From the sequence record SRR2962707_859: a stretch of 52,017 nt of DNA; one strand, 5' to 3'. A program made the translations under genes and the position numbers. Shown in pieces: positions 1 to 10,522 of the stretch. The stretch's first letter is position 1. The number at the start of each line of letters is the position of its first letter. Below the pieces are notes generated by a model, which searched no databases, had not been told where the DNA came from, and was given only the letters and a program-made list of their open reading frames with translations.

Positions 1-1
1 T

Positions 2-1483
2 ATCTACCCATCCAGTGATATTTATGATGGCCTGGGAGCCACCTATGATTACGGGCCCAATGGGTCTGAATTAAAGAATAATATCAAGGAATATTGGTGG
101 CAGGCGATGGTGCGTATGCATGAAAACATTGTGGGTATCGATGCGGCAATTTTCATGCACCCAACCACCTGGAAAGCTTCCGGTCATGTGGATGCATTTA
201 ATGACCCGTTGATTGATAACAAAGACTCCAAAAAACGCTACCGTGCAGATGTGCTCGTGGAAGAGTACATCGCCAAGATTGAAGGGAAAATAGATAAAGA
301 AGTCACAAAAGCCGCTAAGAGATTTGGTGATGATTTTGATGAGGAGCAGTTTGTTACTACAAACCCTCGGGTGGTTGGCTATAAAGAAAAAATTCAATCA
401 ATAGAAGATCGGTTGGGGAGTGCACTCAATTCAGGAAACCTGGCTGATGTAAAAGCATTAATAGAAGAGTTGGAAATCGCTGACCCAGTTTCAGGCTCCA
501 AAAACTGGACGGATGTACGTCAATTCAATTTGATGTTCTCAACAGAAATTGGTTCACTGTCTGATGGCGCTGAAAAGATTTATCTCCGACCAGAGACAGC
601 ACAAGGAATTTTCGTAAACTATCTAAACGTGCAAAAAACGGCACGAATGAAACCTCCTTTCGGGATTGCACAAATTGGCAAAGCATTCAGAAATGAAATC
701 ATAGCCCGGCAATTTATTTTCCGAATGAGGGAATTTGAACAGATGGAAATGCAATTCTTCGTAAAGCCAGGTGAAGAAATGAAATGGTATGAGCATTGGA
801 AACAAAAACGAATCAACTGGCACAAAGCTTTGGGACTCGGTAACGAAAATTATCGCTTCCATGATCACATCAACCTCGCACACTATGCGAATGCTGCAGC
901 GGATATTGAGTTCAACTTTCCAATGGGTTTCAAAGAACTGGAAGGCATTCACTCGCGAACAGACTTTGATTTGAAGGCACATGAAAAACACTCTGGCAAA
1001 AAGCTTCAGTTCTTTGACCAGAACACCAATGAAAGCTACGTGCCATATGTTGTGGAAACTTCAATTGGACTAGACCGAATGTTTCTGGCAATTATGTCTG
1101 CAGCATACACAGAGGAAAAACTTGAAGACGGAAGTGAGCGAACAGTGCTCAAAATTCCACCTGCTCTAGCGCCAAATAAAGTAGCCATTCTCCCTTTGGT
1201 AAATAAGGATGGATTGCCGGAAAAAGCCGAAGAGATTCTCAATGAATTGAAATTTGATTTTTCTTTCCAATATGACGCAAAGGATGCGATCGGGAGAAGG
1301 TATCGGAGACAGGATGCTATTGGCACTCCTTTCTGTGTGACGATCGATCATCAAACGCTGGAAGATAATACTGTTACTATTAGAGAAAGGGATTCAATGA
1401 ATCAGGAGCGGGTCTCTGTCGAGGAGTTGATCCAAAAACTTCATGATAAAGTTGACATGAAGCATTTGCTGAAAACCATCTAG
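2..1483 (+). CDS. glyQS: Glycine--tRNA ligase, alpha2 type (5' end outside window)
   Basis: Frame is open from position 2 (IYPSSDIYDGLGATYDYGPNG...). Class II motifs YLRPETAQG, FRNEI...FRMREFEQME and ETSIGLDR; anticodon domain IGRRYRRQDAIGTP. Confidence 0.96.
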   Translation: MYPSSDIYDGLGATYDYGPNGSELKNNIKEYWWQAMVRMHENIVGIDAAIFMHPTTWKASGHVDAFNDPLIDNKDSKKRYRADVLVEEYIAKIEGKIDKEVTKAAKRFGDDFDEEQFVTTNPRVVGYKEKIQSIEDRLGSALNSGNLADVKALIEELEIADPVSGSKNWTDVRQFNLMFSTEIGSLSDGAEKIYLRPETAQGIFVNYLNVQKTARMKPPFGIAQIGKAFRNEIIARQFIFRMREFEQMEMQFFVKPGEEMKWYEHWKQKRINWHKALGLGNENYRFHDHINLAHYANAAADIEFNFPMGFKELEGIHSRTDFDLKAHEKHSGKKLQFFDQNTNESYVPYVVETSIGLDRMFLAIMSAAYTEEKLEDGSERTVLKIPPALAPNKVAILPLVNKDGLPEKAEEILNELKFDFSFQYDAKDAIGRRYRRQDAIGTPFCVTIDHQTLEDNTVTIRERDSMNQERVSVEELIQKLHDKVDMKHLLKTI

Positions 1484-1486
1484 CAA

Positions 1487-2254
1487 TTGGAATTAATACT
1501 CATATTATTAATTCCGTTCATTGCAAGATGGGTTGTTCGGTTTAATCAAACAGGAAGCTTATTCCCGGCCTTTTTTCTTAGCGCAAAACACAAAGATTTT
1601 CTTTCGAAAAACTTTGTGTTCTATCAAAAACTTCCACCAAAATCAAAAAAAATATTTGAGCGGAGAGTCGCTCTTTTTATCAGCTCAAAAAAATTCATTC
1701 CCCGGCAAATGGATCATGTGACCTGGGAGATGAAAGTATTGATTTCATCCTCTGCCGTGCAGCTTACTTTCGGTTTCCCCAAAGTGAATCTGAGCTGGTT
1801 TAGGTATATCTTGATTTATCCTGATACATTTTTCAGCAATGTAAACCAGCGGCATCACAAGGGTGAAGTCAATCCAAAAGCTAAGACCATTGTCTTGTCC
1901 TGGAAATATTTTGTAGAAGGGTATTTAAAACCAGATGGTCGTAATCTGGGCCTGCATGAAATGGCTCATGCATTAAGGCTTGAAAATAGAATCATGAATG
2001 AAGAATACAATTTTCTGGATCATGAGGTGCTGGAGGAATGGGAAGCAAGAGCAAAGCACACCATGAGAGAAATAAAATCCGGATCAGAAGACTTTTTCCG
2101 AAAATACGGTAGTGCAAATAATGAAGAGTTTTTTGCCGTTGCAGTGGAGAATTTTTTCGAACGCCCGGTCGAATTCAAAGAAAAGCATCATAAGACCTAC
2201 AACACAATGTGCCGATTGTTAAGACAAGACCCGGTATTGCTAGAAAACACCTAA
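1487..2254 (+). CDS. Zinc-dependent peptidase, MtfA/M90-like
   Basis: DGRNLGLHEMAH (HExxH) and YGSANNEEFFAVAVENFFERP match the MtfA pattern. TTG start uncertain. Confidence 0.85.
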   Translation: MELILILLIPFIARWVVRFNQTGSLFPAFFLSAKHKDFLSKNFVFYQKLPPKSKKIFERRVALFISSKKFIPRQMDHVTWEMKVLISSSAVQLTFGFPKVNLSWFRYILIYPDTFFSNVNQRHHKGEVNPKAKTIVLSWKYFVEGYLKPDGRNLGLHEMAHALRLENRIMNEEYNFLDHEVLEEWEARAKHTMREIKSGSEDFFRKYGSANNEEFFAVAVENFFERPVEFKEKHHKTYNTMCRLLRQDPVLLENT

Positions 2255-2263
2255 TTTTTCGCT

Positions 2264-3595
2264 ATGAACTGGCTTCAACTTCTTTCACACAAACGACCGG
2301 GAGAAAGCTCCACCACCTCGCACGATCAAACCCGAAGTAGATTTGAACAGGATTTTGATCGGATTATTTTTTCTCACCCATTTCGAAAATTACAAGATAA
2401 AACCCAGGTCTTTCCTCTACCTGAGGATGACTTTGTTCACACGCGATTGACCCACAGTCTGGAAGTTTCTGTTGTTGGTAGGTCCCTGGCCAAGAATGCA
2501 GGAATCTATCTTTTAGAAAAACACAAAGAGCTTCGAGAAGCAGGGTATACCGTCCATGATTTTGGAGGAATCGTTGGGGCTGCCTGTCTCGCTCACGATC
2601 TAGGAAATCCTCCTTTTGGTCATTCAGGTGAAGACAGCATTTCATCCTTTTTTCTAACAAACAAAAAAGGTCGTTTCTTTCAAGAAAAAGTATCGGAACA
2701 AGAGTGGGAAGACCTGACCACTTTTGAAGGGAATGCTCAAGGGCTCAGGATTCTAAATGGAAAAGGTAATGGAGGCTTAAAACTCACATTCGCCACATTA
2801 GGTGCTTTTACTAAATATCCACTCTCCTCTTCTTGTGAAAAGGAGAAGGGCAGGAAAAGCCAAAAAAAGTTCGGCTACTACCAATGCAACGCAGAGCTCT
2901 TTCACGAGATGGCCAGCGAAATGGGGTTAGTTTCCGTAGGCAAGGACAAATGGTGCCGGCACCCACTTGCTTTCTTGGTAGAAGCAGCGGATGACATTTG
3001 TTATCATATCATAGACCTTGAAGATGGCTGTCGGCTGGGCCTGGTTCCATTTGAAACAGTAAAAGATTTACTCGCTGAAATCATTGGTGACTCCTACTCG
3101 GAGGAAAAAGTGCAGAAAATTCCCTCACATAATGAACGACTGGGGACGCTGCGAGCACTGGCTATTGGACAGCTGGTACAGGAATGCTCAGATGTGTTCA
3201 TTGCCAATGAAGAGGGGATGCTGGATGGCACTTTTGATCAGGATCTGACAAGCTTGATCCCCTCAGCAGAAGCCATGCAAAAAATCATCAAGCTTTCAAT
3301 TGAAAAAATCTATCGGTCAAAGTTGGTTCTGGAAAAAGAGGCCGGTGGATATGAGGTGATTGATAATTTGATAGAAGCATTTGCAACGGCCGTGTACGCC
3401 GATAAATTTGATCAGGCCAGACCAAAACACAAATCAATTCTCCGATTACTTCCGGAAGAATACACTGTTCAATTGAATGAGAAAGTATCCGTTTATGAAG
3501 CTCTGCAGATAGTTATTGATTTTATCAGCGGCCTCACTGACTCCCATGCCGTTCGTTTATATAAAACCATAAAAGGGTATCGGCTTCCTGTTTAG
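2264..3595 (+). CDS. dgt: Deoxyguanosinetriphosphate triphosphohydrolase (HD family)
   Basis: RSRFEQDFDRI, LQDKTQVF, HTRLTHSLEV, AHDLGNPPFGH, FEGNAQ, EAADDICY, DFISGLTD. Confidence 0.95.
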   Translation: MNWLQLLSHKRPGESSTTSHDQTRSRFEQDFDRIIFSHPFRKLQDKTQVFPLPEDDFVHTRLTHSLEVSVVGRSLAKNAGIYLLEKHKELREAGYTVHDFGGIVGAACLAHDLGNPPFGHSGEDSISSFFLTNKKGRFFQEKVSEQEWEDLTTFEGNAQGLRILNGKGNGGLKLTFATLGAFTKYPLSSSCEKEKGRKSQKKFGYYQCNAELFHEMASEMGLVSVGKDKWCRHPLAFLVEAADDICYHIIDLEDGCRLGLVPFETVKDLLAEIIGDSYSEEKVQKIPSHNERLGTLRALAIGQLVQECSDVFIANEEGMLDGTFDQDLTSLIPSAEAMQKIIKLSIEKIYRSKLVLEKEAGGYEVIDNLIEAFATAVYADKFDQARPKHKSILRLLPEEYTVQLNEKVSVYEALQIVIDFISGLTDSHAVRLYKTIKGYRLPV

Positions 3596-3957
3596 TCGTC
3601 AACGGACTTGCCATCCTTGTCCAATATTTCCCACGACATCAGGTAACTCGCTGTACTATCTCTTTCAAGTAGTGTCATGGAAGTGGAGTATTTGCCAGGT
3701 GTATCATCTACCTTGAACTTAAAAACACCAAGCTTGTCATTTAGGCTCACATAATCATAGTCCCATACCTCCACCTCATTCCATCCTTCATTTACATCCA
3801 GCACTAAATCTACTTTTTCTACATCCCCCGTGTCCACTCGGTGATATCGCTCCCCTTCCGGCCAAATTTTATGGCCATCCTTTTTCAGGTACATTTCGTC
3901 TTTATCAATTTCATCTGGAGTAGTGCATTGCACGGAGTTGATTCGAATCTTTGGCAT
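3592..3957 (-). CDS. Small C2-domain-like hypothetical protein (paralog of 38800..39129)
   Basis: Start set at MPKIRI by alignment with the paralog MPKLKL. Shared DKDE[MI]YLK, KIWP and W[DE]YD motifs. Confidence 0.75.
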   Translation of the reverse strand: MPKIRINSVQCTTPDEIDKDEMYLKKDGHKIWPEGERYHRVDTGDVEKVDLVLDVNEGWNEVEVWDYDYVSLNDKLGVFKFKVDDTPGKYSTSMTLLERDSTASYLMSWEILDKDGKSVDD

Positions 3958-4049
3958 AGGATTGAATGTTTGGAACAACTAAAATAATCCAACCCAGCAA
4001 TAAACTCACAATCGAGGCACAGTAGTTGCATCATAAATGCCTGAAAATC

Positions 4050-4079
4050 TTGCCCCTAAGCCTTATCTAATTACCTTTG
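4050..4079 (+). promoter_or_regulatory. Bacteroidota primary-sigma promoter for the MMPL-ileS-lspA unit
   Basis: TTG (4050-4052), 19-nt spacer, TACCTTTG (4072-4079); matches -33 TTG / -7 TAnnTTTG, 13 nt before the ATG. Confidence 0.7.
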
Positions 4080-4092
4080 CGCACTATTTTAT

Positions 4093-6486
4093 ATGTGGTC
4101 CAAGCTAGCTCATAACATCCTTCGTTTTCGTGTCACATTAATGGTCATCTTAGCGATCATCACTGTGTTCATGGGATACAAATCTCAAGACATCAAATGG
4201 TCATATGATCTGGCCAATATTGTTCCGGAAAGTGATCCGGACATGGTCTACTTCAGGCAGTTCCGTGAAACGTTTGGGGAAGATGGCAACATCATGGCGA
4301 TTGGGGTCAGCGATAGTGCTATTTATCAACTAGATACTTTCAAAAAATTTAGTGACCTCACTTACGAGTTGGAGAACATGGATGGCATCAGAAATGTACT
4401 GGGTCTTCCTAATCTCCAAAAGCTGGAAAAGAACAATCAGAAAAGGGCGTTTGAATTGCAGCCTGTTTTTCCTGAAATGCCCGCATCCCAGGAAAAGCTA
4501 GATAGTTTACTCCAGGGTGCTGCTAATTTGAAATTCTACAGTGGCCAACTCATCAATTCTGATAATGGCTCAACGCTAATTCTCATCACCATTAAAAAAG
4601 AAGTTCTTAACTCCAAGAACAGGGATCAATTGGTCAACAATATTATTGATGCCGGCAAGCGATTTGAAATAAACTCGGGTGTAGATGTTCATTTCGCAGG
4701 ATTACCTTATTCACGCTCCATTACCACCAGTAAAGTGAAGGCCGAGCTGAACATGTTTCTGGTGCTGTCTTTGATTGTTACCGGAATCATTCTTTTTATG
4801 TTTTTCCGTTCGTTCAAGGCAGTTTTTTTCCCTTTGATCATTATCGGAGTGGTGGTGATCTGGGTGATGGGAACACTAGCGTTGCTGGAATATAAAATCA
4901 CACTGTTAACAGGATTGATCCCACCGATCATCGTAGTTATCGGTATTCCTAATAGTGTGTACATGCTCAATCGCTATCACCACGAGTTTAGTCAGCATGG
5001 TGACCAGATGAAGGCACTTAGTCGCATCATACGAAAGATTGGAGTAGTTACTTTTATCACCAATCTTACAACCGCTGTGGGCTTCTTCGTGCTTGCAACT
5101 ACCCAAATTAATGTGCTCGTTGAGTTTGGAATCGTTGCAGGCATTAACATCATGGCCACCTTCGTAGTGAGTATTATTCTAATTCCTGGTGTTTTTTCAT
5201 TGTATAAACCGCCAACTCAAAAACACCTCAAGCATCTTAAATTCAAGATGCTGGATTCGGTGATCAGATGGTTAGATGATATTGTACATAAATTAAGGCC
5301 AGCCATTTTTGCTATCACCATTGCTGTGGCAGCAGTATCTGCTTATGGACTAAGCCAGATCAAAGCGGTCTCTTACATGGTCGATGATATTCCGGAAAAC
5401 AGTCCCTTGAAAAAAGACCTTGAGTTTTTTGAACAAAACTTCAGCGGCATTATGCCCCTGGAGGTGATTATAGATACGGGAGACAAGAAAGGAGTTCAAA
5501 ACTTGAGAAATCTGAGAAAAATCGATGAGTTTGAGTCTTTTATCTCTTCTATCGATTATATCTCTCAGCCTGTTTCGGTGGTTAGTTTTGCAAAGGCTGC
5601 AAGACAGGCATTTTATAATCAAAGCCCGGCCTTCTATTCACTTCCAACTAATCGGGATATGGCGTTTATCATGCGCTATCTCAGCGAGGGCGAAACGGAA
5701 GAACTCTCACAATCATTCATCGATTCTACCGGCAGGTATGTGAGGGTATCACTTAAGATTGCTGATATCGGATCCAATCGGCTGGACTCACTAGTCAATG
5801 GAGTTATTGCACCTAAGATTGATTCCATTTTTGTGGATTCAAAAATGGATGTCAACCTTACAGGCACCACCCTGATGTTCATCAAAGGCAATAAATTTTT
5901 GATTGAAAATCTTCTGACTTCCATGGTGATCGCGTTTTTCATCATCGCGTTGATTATGGGAATGCTTTTCCGTAACATCAAAATGATCATTATATCGATC
6001 ATTCCAAACATCATCCCTTTATTAGTTACGGCAGGTATCATGGGTTATTTTGGTATCCCATTGAAACCCAGCACTGCCTTAATATTCAGTATCGTATTTG
6101 GTATTTCAGTAGATGACTCCATCCACTTTTTAGCTAAATACAGACAAGAACTGTTTGCTCACAAATTTGATGTCTCCAAAGCAATCAGTAAGAGTATTCG
6201 AGAGACCGGATCCAGTATGATCTATACGTCAATCATTCTGTTTTTCGGATTTATCATTTTCGTATTATCCGAGTTTGGAGGCACAATCGCATTGGGTAAG
6301 CTTACCTCTATTACCTTGTTTTTTGCAATGATCACCAACGTTGTGGTACTACCGGCACTCATCCTTCAGTTTGATAGTGGTAAACGAGACAAATCGAAAC
6401 ACCCACTAATCGAGAGTGTGCCGGAGCTTGCAGAGGGTATCGATGATGAGAACGAAAACCAGAAAAAGAAATCAAATAAAGTTTAG
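4093..6486 (+). CDS. MMPL/RND family transporter
   Basis: Two repeats of TM, large loop and TM bundle. GISVDDSIHF motif in the second repeat. Confidence 0.9.
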   Translation: MWSKLAHNILRFRVTLMVILAIITVFMGYKSQDIKWSYDLANIVPESDPDMVYFRQFRETFGEDGNIMAIGVSDSAIYQLDTFKKFSDLTYELENMDGIRNVLGLPNLQKLEKNNQKRAFELQPVFPEMPASQEKLDSLLQGAANLKFYSGQLINSDNGSTLILITIKKEVLNSKNRDQLVNNIIDAGKRFEINSGVDVHFAGLPYSRSITTSKVKAELNMFLVLSLIVTGIILFMFFRSFKAVFFPLIIIGVVVIWVMGTLALLEYKITLLTGLIPPIIVVIGIPNSVYMLNRYHHEFSQHGDQMKALSRIIRKIGVVTFITNLTTAVGFFVLATTQINVLVEFGIVAGINIMATFVVSIILIPGVFSLYKPPTQKHLKHLKFKMLDSVIRWLDDIVHKLRPAIFAITIAVAAVSAYGLSQIKAVSYMVDDIPENSPLKKDLEFFEQNFSGIMPLEVIIDTGDKKGVQNLRNLRKIDEFESFISSIDYISQPVSVVSFAKAARQAFYNQSPAFYSLPTNRDMAFIMRYLSEGETEELSQSFIDSTGRYVRVSLKIADIGSNRLDSLVNGVIAPKIDSIFVDSKMDVNLTGTTLMFIKGNKFLIENLLTSMVIAFFIIALIMGMLFRNIKMIIISIIPNIIPLLVTAGIMGYFGIPLKPSTALIFSIVFGISVDDSIHFLAKYRQELFAHKFDVSKAISKSIRETGSSMIYTSIILFFGFIIFVLSEFGGTIALGKLTSITLFFAMITNVVVLPALILQFDSGKRDKSKHPLIESVPELAEGIDDENENQKKKSNKV

Positions 6487-6498
6487 TTATTAAGGACC

Positions 6499-9400
6499 GT
6501 GAAATATCCTGAATTTAAAAAAGTCAGCTATTCTGAGATCGCTAAAGACATCCTGAAATTTTGGGAGGATGACAAGATTTTTGACAAATCAGTAACCTCA
6601 CGTGAGGGGAACGATACTTTTACATTTTACGAGGGACCTCCTTCTGCAAACGGCACTCCTGGAATTCACCATGTAATGGCGCGTACAGTTAAAGATATAT
6701 TCTGTCGCTATAAAACCTTGCGAGGTTACCAGGTAAAAAGAAAAGGTGGATGGGATACACACGGACTGCCTGTTGAGCTTCAGGTGGAAAAGCAGCTTGG
6801 AATCACCAAGGATGATATTGGCAAAAAGATCTCCGTTGAGGATTACAATGCCAAATGCCGAGAGGCAGTAATGAAATACAAAGGTGAATGGGATGACCTG
6901 ACCCGACAAATGGGTTACTGGGTCGATCTGGATAATCCTTACGTGACTTTTGAAAAAGAATACATTGAGTCAGTCTGGAACCTACTCAAAAGGCTTTTTG
7001 ATAAAGAACTCTTATATAAAGGCTATACCGTTCAGCCCTACTCACCTGCCGCAGGAACAGGATTAAGCTCCCACGAACTCAACCAACCGGGAACCTACCG
7101 CGATGTAAAAGACACTTCAATCGTTGCACAATTCAAGGTCAAAAAGGATGATCGATCTTCTTTTCTCTTCGAGAATGAAAATGAAGATGTGAGAATTCTT
7201 GCCTGGACCACTACGCCATGGACGCTCCCATCAAACTGCGCATTGGCTGTCGGAGAGAAAATCAATTACGTAAAGGTTAAAACATTTAATCAATACACCG
7301 GGGAGCCGGTTTCAGCGATTCTGGCCAAAGATTTGGTTGGCAAATTCCTTTCAGACAAAGCCAAAGAAATTCCACTGAGTGATTATAAATCAGGGGATAA
7401 ATTAATCCCTTTTGAGATTGCACAGGAATTCAAAGGAACAGATATCGTTGAAGTTCGATACGTGCAATTGATGCCTTACGTCACTAATAGTGATCTTGAA
7501 GAAAAAGCGTTCAGAGTAATCCCTGGAGATTTTGTTTCCACCGAAGATGGTACTGGTGTTGTTCACACTGCTTCTGTATTCGGTGCGGATGACTTCAGGG
7601 TAACCCAGCAAGCGGGCGTGCCATCAGTGATGGTAAAAGATGAAAAAGATCAGGATGTACCTCTGGTTGATAAGCAGGGACGATTCGTAAAGGAAGTCAC
7701 CGATTTTGCCGGAAAGTTTGTCAAAGAAGAATACTACAGCGACGAAGAACGAAAAGATCCGAACTTTAAACCAACGGACGTGTTGATCGCCATCAAACTA
7801 AAGGAAGACAATAAAGCCTTTAAAGTAGAAAAGTACGAGCACTCCTATCCACACTGCTGGAGAACCGATAAGCCGGTATTGTACTACCCCCTGGATTCCT
7901 GGTTCATCAAAACCACCGCTCTGAAAGACCGATTAGTTGACCTGAACAAAACAATCAACTGGAAGCCCGCATCTACCGGAACCGGACGTTTTGGAAACTG
8001 GCTGGAAAATCTGGTGGACTGGAATCTTTCAAGATCCCGGTTCTGGGGAACACCTCTGCCTATTTGGGTAACGGAGGACCGAACAGAAATGAAATGCATC
8101 GGAAGCATTGAAGAGCTGGAAAAAGAAGTGCACAAGTCTGCTGAAGCAGGCTTCATGGATGCTGATTTACCCGAAGATTTTGACTTACACCGTCCATATG
8201 TTGACGATGTTGTATTAGTCAGTGATACCGGACAAAAAATGATGCGAGAGCCTGACCTCATTGATGTTTGGTTTGACTCTGGCGCCATGCCTTATGCCCA
8301 ATGGCATTATCCGTTCGAAAACGAAGATATCTACAACGCAAACTATCCGGCTGATTTTATCGCAGAAGGAGTCGATCAAACGAGGGGCTGGTTCTTTACG
8401 CTTCATGCCATCGCGGTGTTATTGAATGACTCAGTGGCTTATAAGAACGTTATTGCGAATGGACTGGTGCTTGATAAGAATGGAAACAAAATGTCCAAAC
8501 GACTGGGCAATGCGATCAACCCATTCGAGACGCTTGAAAAGTATGGAGCTGATCCTACCCGTTGGTATATGATCGCCAACGCCAATCCATGGGACAACCT
8601 TAAGTTTGACCTGGATGGTGTGGCTGAGGTTCAACGAAAATTCTTCGGAACCCTAACCAATACATATTCATTTTTTGCGCTTTATGCGAATCTGGATGGC
8701 TTCCAGATGAATGAAAGTAATACCACTCCCGTGGCAAATCGTCCTAGGTTTGATCGATGGATCATATCAGAATTACAGATCCTGATCAGGGATGTGACTT
8801 CATTTTACGAGGATTATGAGCCCACCAAAGCGGCCCGGGCGATTCAGGATTTCGTTAATGATCAGCTATCCAACTGGTACGTTCGCCTTTCAAGAAAAAG
8901 GTTCTGGAGAAGTGAATTAAACGACGATAAGAAAGCTGCATACGAAACACTTCATGAATGCTTAAGTGTCACCGCACAACTTATGAGTCCTATCGCCCCG
9001 TTCTATGCTGAGTGGTTGTATAAAAACCTCAATGTTGGAGTAGAAGGGAAATCAGAATCCGTTCACCTAAGCTTACTTCCTGAAGCAGATAGAGGTAAGA
9101 TTGATATGTCGCTCACTGAAAGTATGCATTATGCACAAAACATTTCATCTTTGGTTCACTCACTGAGAAAGAAGGAAAAAGTAAAAGTTCGTCAGCCATT
9201 GCAGAAGGTGCTGATTCCGATTCTCAAGCCGGAAGCGAGAGAAAGGATTGAGGCAGTGGAGGAATTGATCAAAACAGAGATCAATGTGAAGGAAGTTGAA
9301 TATGTGGATGATGCTTCAGGCATATTGGTGAAAAACATCAAACCCAATTTCCGTAAACTCGGACAGCAATACGGACCAAAAATGAAAGCGATTACCGGAA

Positions 9401-9852
9401 TTATCAATGGATTTGGTAAAGAGGAGATTGCAGCAATTGAGCGGGATGGAAATATGGAGATTAAAGTAGAGGGTGAAAAGATCAACCTCACGCTAGAGGA
9501 TGTGGAAATCACCTCACAGGATATTCCGGGATGGCTGGTGGCATCCGAAGGAGGATTGACGGTAGCGCTCGATATTACGATTTCAGAAGAACTCCGCAAG
9601 GAAGGATTGAGCAGGGATATGGTGAATCGAATTCAGAACCTGAGAAAAGATCAGGGGCTGGAAGTGCAGGATAAAATTGCCATCAAATATGCCACAAACG
9701 ATGACATGATGAGTTCTGCAATTTCTGACTTTGCAGATTACATCAAAACCGAAACTCAGGCGCTTTCCCTGGAATCAAATGGGGCCAACGGGGGGGAGAA
9801 ATTTGATATAGATGGAATTGAAATAGATGTCAAAATTGAGGTGGTAAAGTAA
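6499..9852 (+). CDS. ileS: Isoleucine--tRNA ligase, type 2 (IleRS2)
   Basis: FYEGPPSANGTPGIHH, GWDTHGLPVE, WTTTPWTLPSN, EGVDQTRGWF, KMSKR; long IleRS2-type C-terminus. GTG start. Confidence 0.97.
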   Translation: MKYPEFKKVSYSEIAKDILKFWEDDKIFDKSVTSREGNDTFTFYEGPPSANGTPGIHHVMARTVKDIFCRYKTLRGYQVKRKGGWDTHGLPVELQVEKQLGITKDDIGKKISVEDYNAKCREAVMKYKGEWDDLTRQMGYWVDLDNPYVTFEKEYIESVWNLLKRLFDKELLYKGYTVQPYSPAAGTGLSSHELNQPGTYRDVKDTSIVAQFKVKKDDRSSFLFENENEDVRILAWTTTPWTLPSNCALAVGEKINYVKVKTFNQYTGEPVSAILAKDLVGKFLSDKAKEIPLSDYKSGDKLIPFEIAQEFKGTDIVEVRYVQLMPYVTNSDLEEKAFRVIPGDFVSTEDGTGVVHTASVFGADDFRVTQQAGVPSVMVKDEKDQDVPLVDKQGRFVKEVTDFAGKFVKEEYYSDEERKDPNFKPTDVLIAIKLKEDNKAFKVEKYEHSYPHCWRTDKPVLYYPLDSWFIKTTALKDRLVDLNKTINWKPASTGTGRFGNWLENLVDWNLSRSRFWGTPLPIWVTEDRTEMKCIGSIEELEKEVHKSAEAGFMDADLPEDFDLHRPYVDDVVLVSDTGQKMMREPDLIDVWFDSGAMPYAQWHYPFENEDIYNANYPADFIAEGVDQTRGWFFTLHAIAVLLNDSVAYKNVIANGLVLDKNGNKMSKRLGNAINPFETLEKYGADPTRWYMIANANPWDNLKFDLDGVAEVQRKFFGTLTNTYSFFALYANLDGFQMNESNTTPVANRPRFDRWIISELQILIRDVTSFYEDYEPTKAARAIQDFVNDQLSNWYVRLSRKRFWRSELNDDKKAAYETLHECLSVTAQLMSPIAPFYAEWLYKNLNVGVEGKSESVHLSLLPEADRGKIDMSLTESMHYAQNISSLVHSLRKKEKVKVRQPLQKVLIPILKPEARERIEAVEELIKTEINVKEVEYVDDASGILVKNIKPNFRKLGQQYGPKMKAITGIINGFGKEEIAAIERDGNMEIKVEGEKINLTLEDVEITSQDIPGWLVASEGGLTVALDITISEELRKEGLSRDMVNRIQNLRKDQGLEVQDKIAIKYATNDDMMSSAISDFADYIKTETQALSLESNGANGGEKFDIDGIEIDVKIEVVK

Positions 9853-9887
9853 TCAGCCTGTATAGTTTGCAGACCAAAATAAGATCA

Positions 9888-10520
9888 ATGAAAAATCAGG
9901 TTCTAAAATATTTTCTAATCAGTGTTCTTGTAATCATCGTTGACCAGATCGTGAAGGTGGTGGTCCACTACAATATGGACATGGGTACCCAGGGACAAAT
10001 CCTGATTTTTGGAGACTGGTTTAAACTTCATTACCTCACCAATCCAGGTATGGCCTTTGGAATGAAACTTGATTTTGAATTCGGAAAGCTGATTCTGACT
10101 GTCTTTAGAATTGGTGCCATGATAGCCATTGGCTATTACCTTTATACCATTATTCAGAAGCAGGCCAATTCCGGCTTGATCATCTGTATTGCGTTAATTC
10201 TGGGAGGTGCCATCGGAAATCTTGTGGATTCCATTTTTTATGGAATCTGGTTTGATAATGCTCCTTATGATGCACCCAGTCCATGGTTTCATGGGCAGGT
10301 AATTGACATGTTCTACATCGACATTTGGGAAGGTTACCTGCCAAACTGGATTCCATTACTTGGTGGTGATTACATGGCCTTATGGCCGGTTTTCAACATT
10401 GCAGATGCCTCTATTTTTGTAGCAATCTGTTTCATCATCATCTTTCAGAAAAGGTATTTTAAGAAGGAGGAAAGTGAGGCTAAAGCCGAAAAAGCTGAAT
10501 TAGAAACCCAAGACTCTTAG
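9888..10520 (+). CDS. lspA: Lipoprotein signal peptidase II
   Basis: DQIVK, NPGMAFG, GGAIGNLVD, VIDM and VFNIAD motifs; directly after ileS. Start moved to ATG 9888. Confidence 0.95.
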   Translation: MKNQVLKYFLISVLVIIVDQIVKVVVHYNMDMGTQGQILIFGDWFKLHYLTNPGMAFGMKLDFEFGKLILTVFRIGAMIAIGYYLYTIIQKQANSGLIICIALILGGAIGNLVDSIFYGIWFDNAPYDAPSPWFHGQVIDMFYIDIWEGYLPNWIPLLGGDYMALWPVFNIADASIFVAICFIIIFQKRYFKKEESEAKAEKAELETQDS

Positions 10521-10522
10521 TT

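Noticed and set aside
2264-3595. dGTPase as an antiphage defence gene
   Set aside because: It sits in a housekeeping context after glyQS with no defence neighbours.
9853-9887. No TraR/DksA gene between ileS and lspA
   Set aside because: Direct ileS-lspA adjacency is common in bacteria and no remnant is visible.
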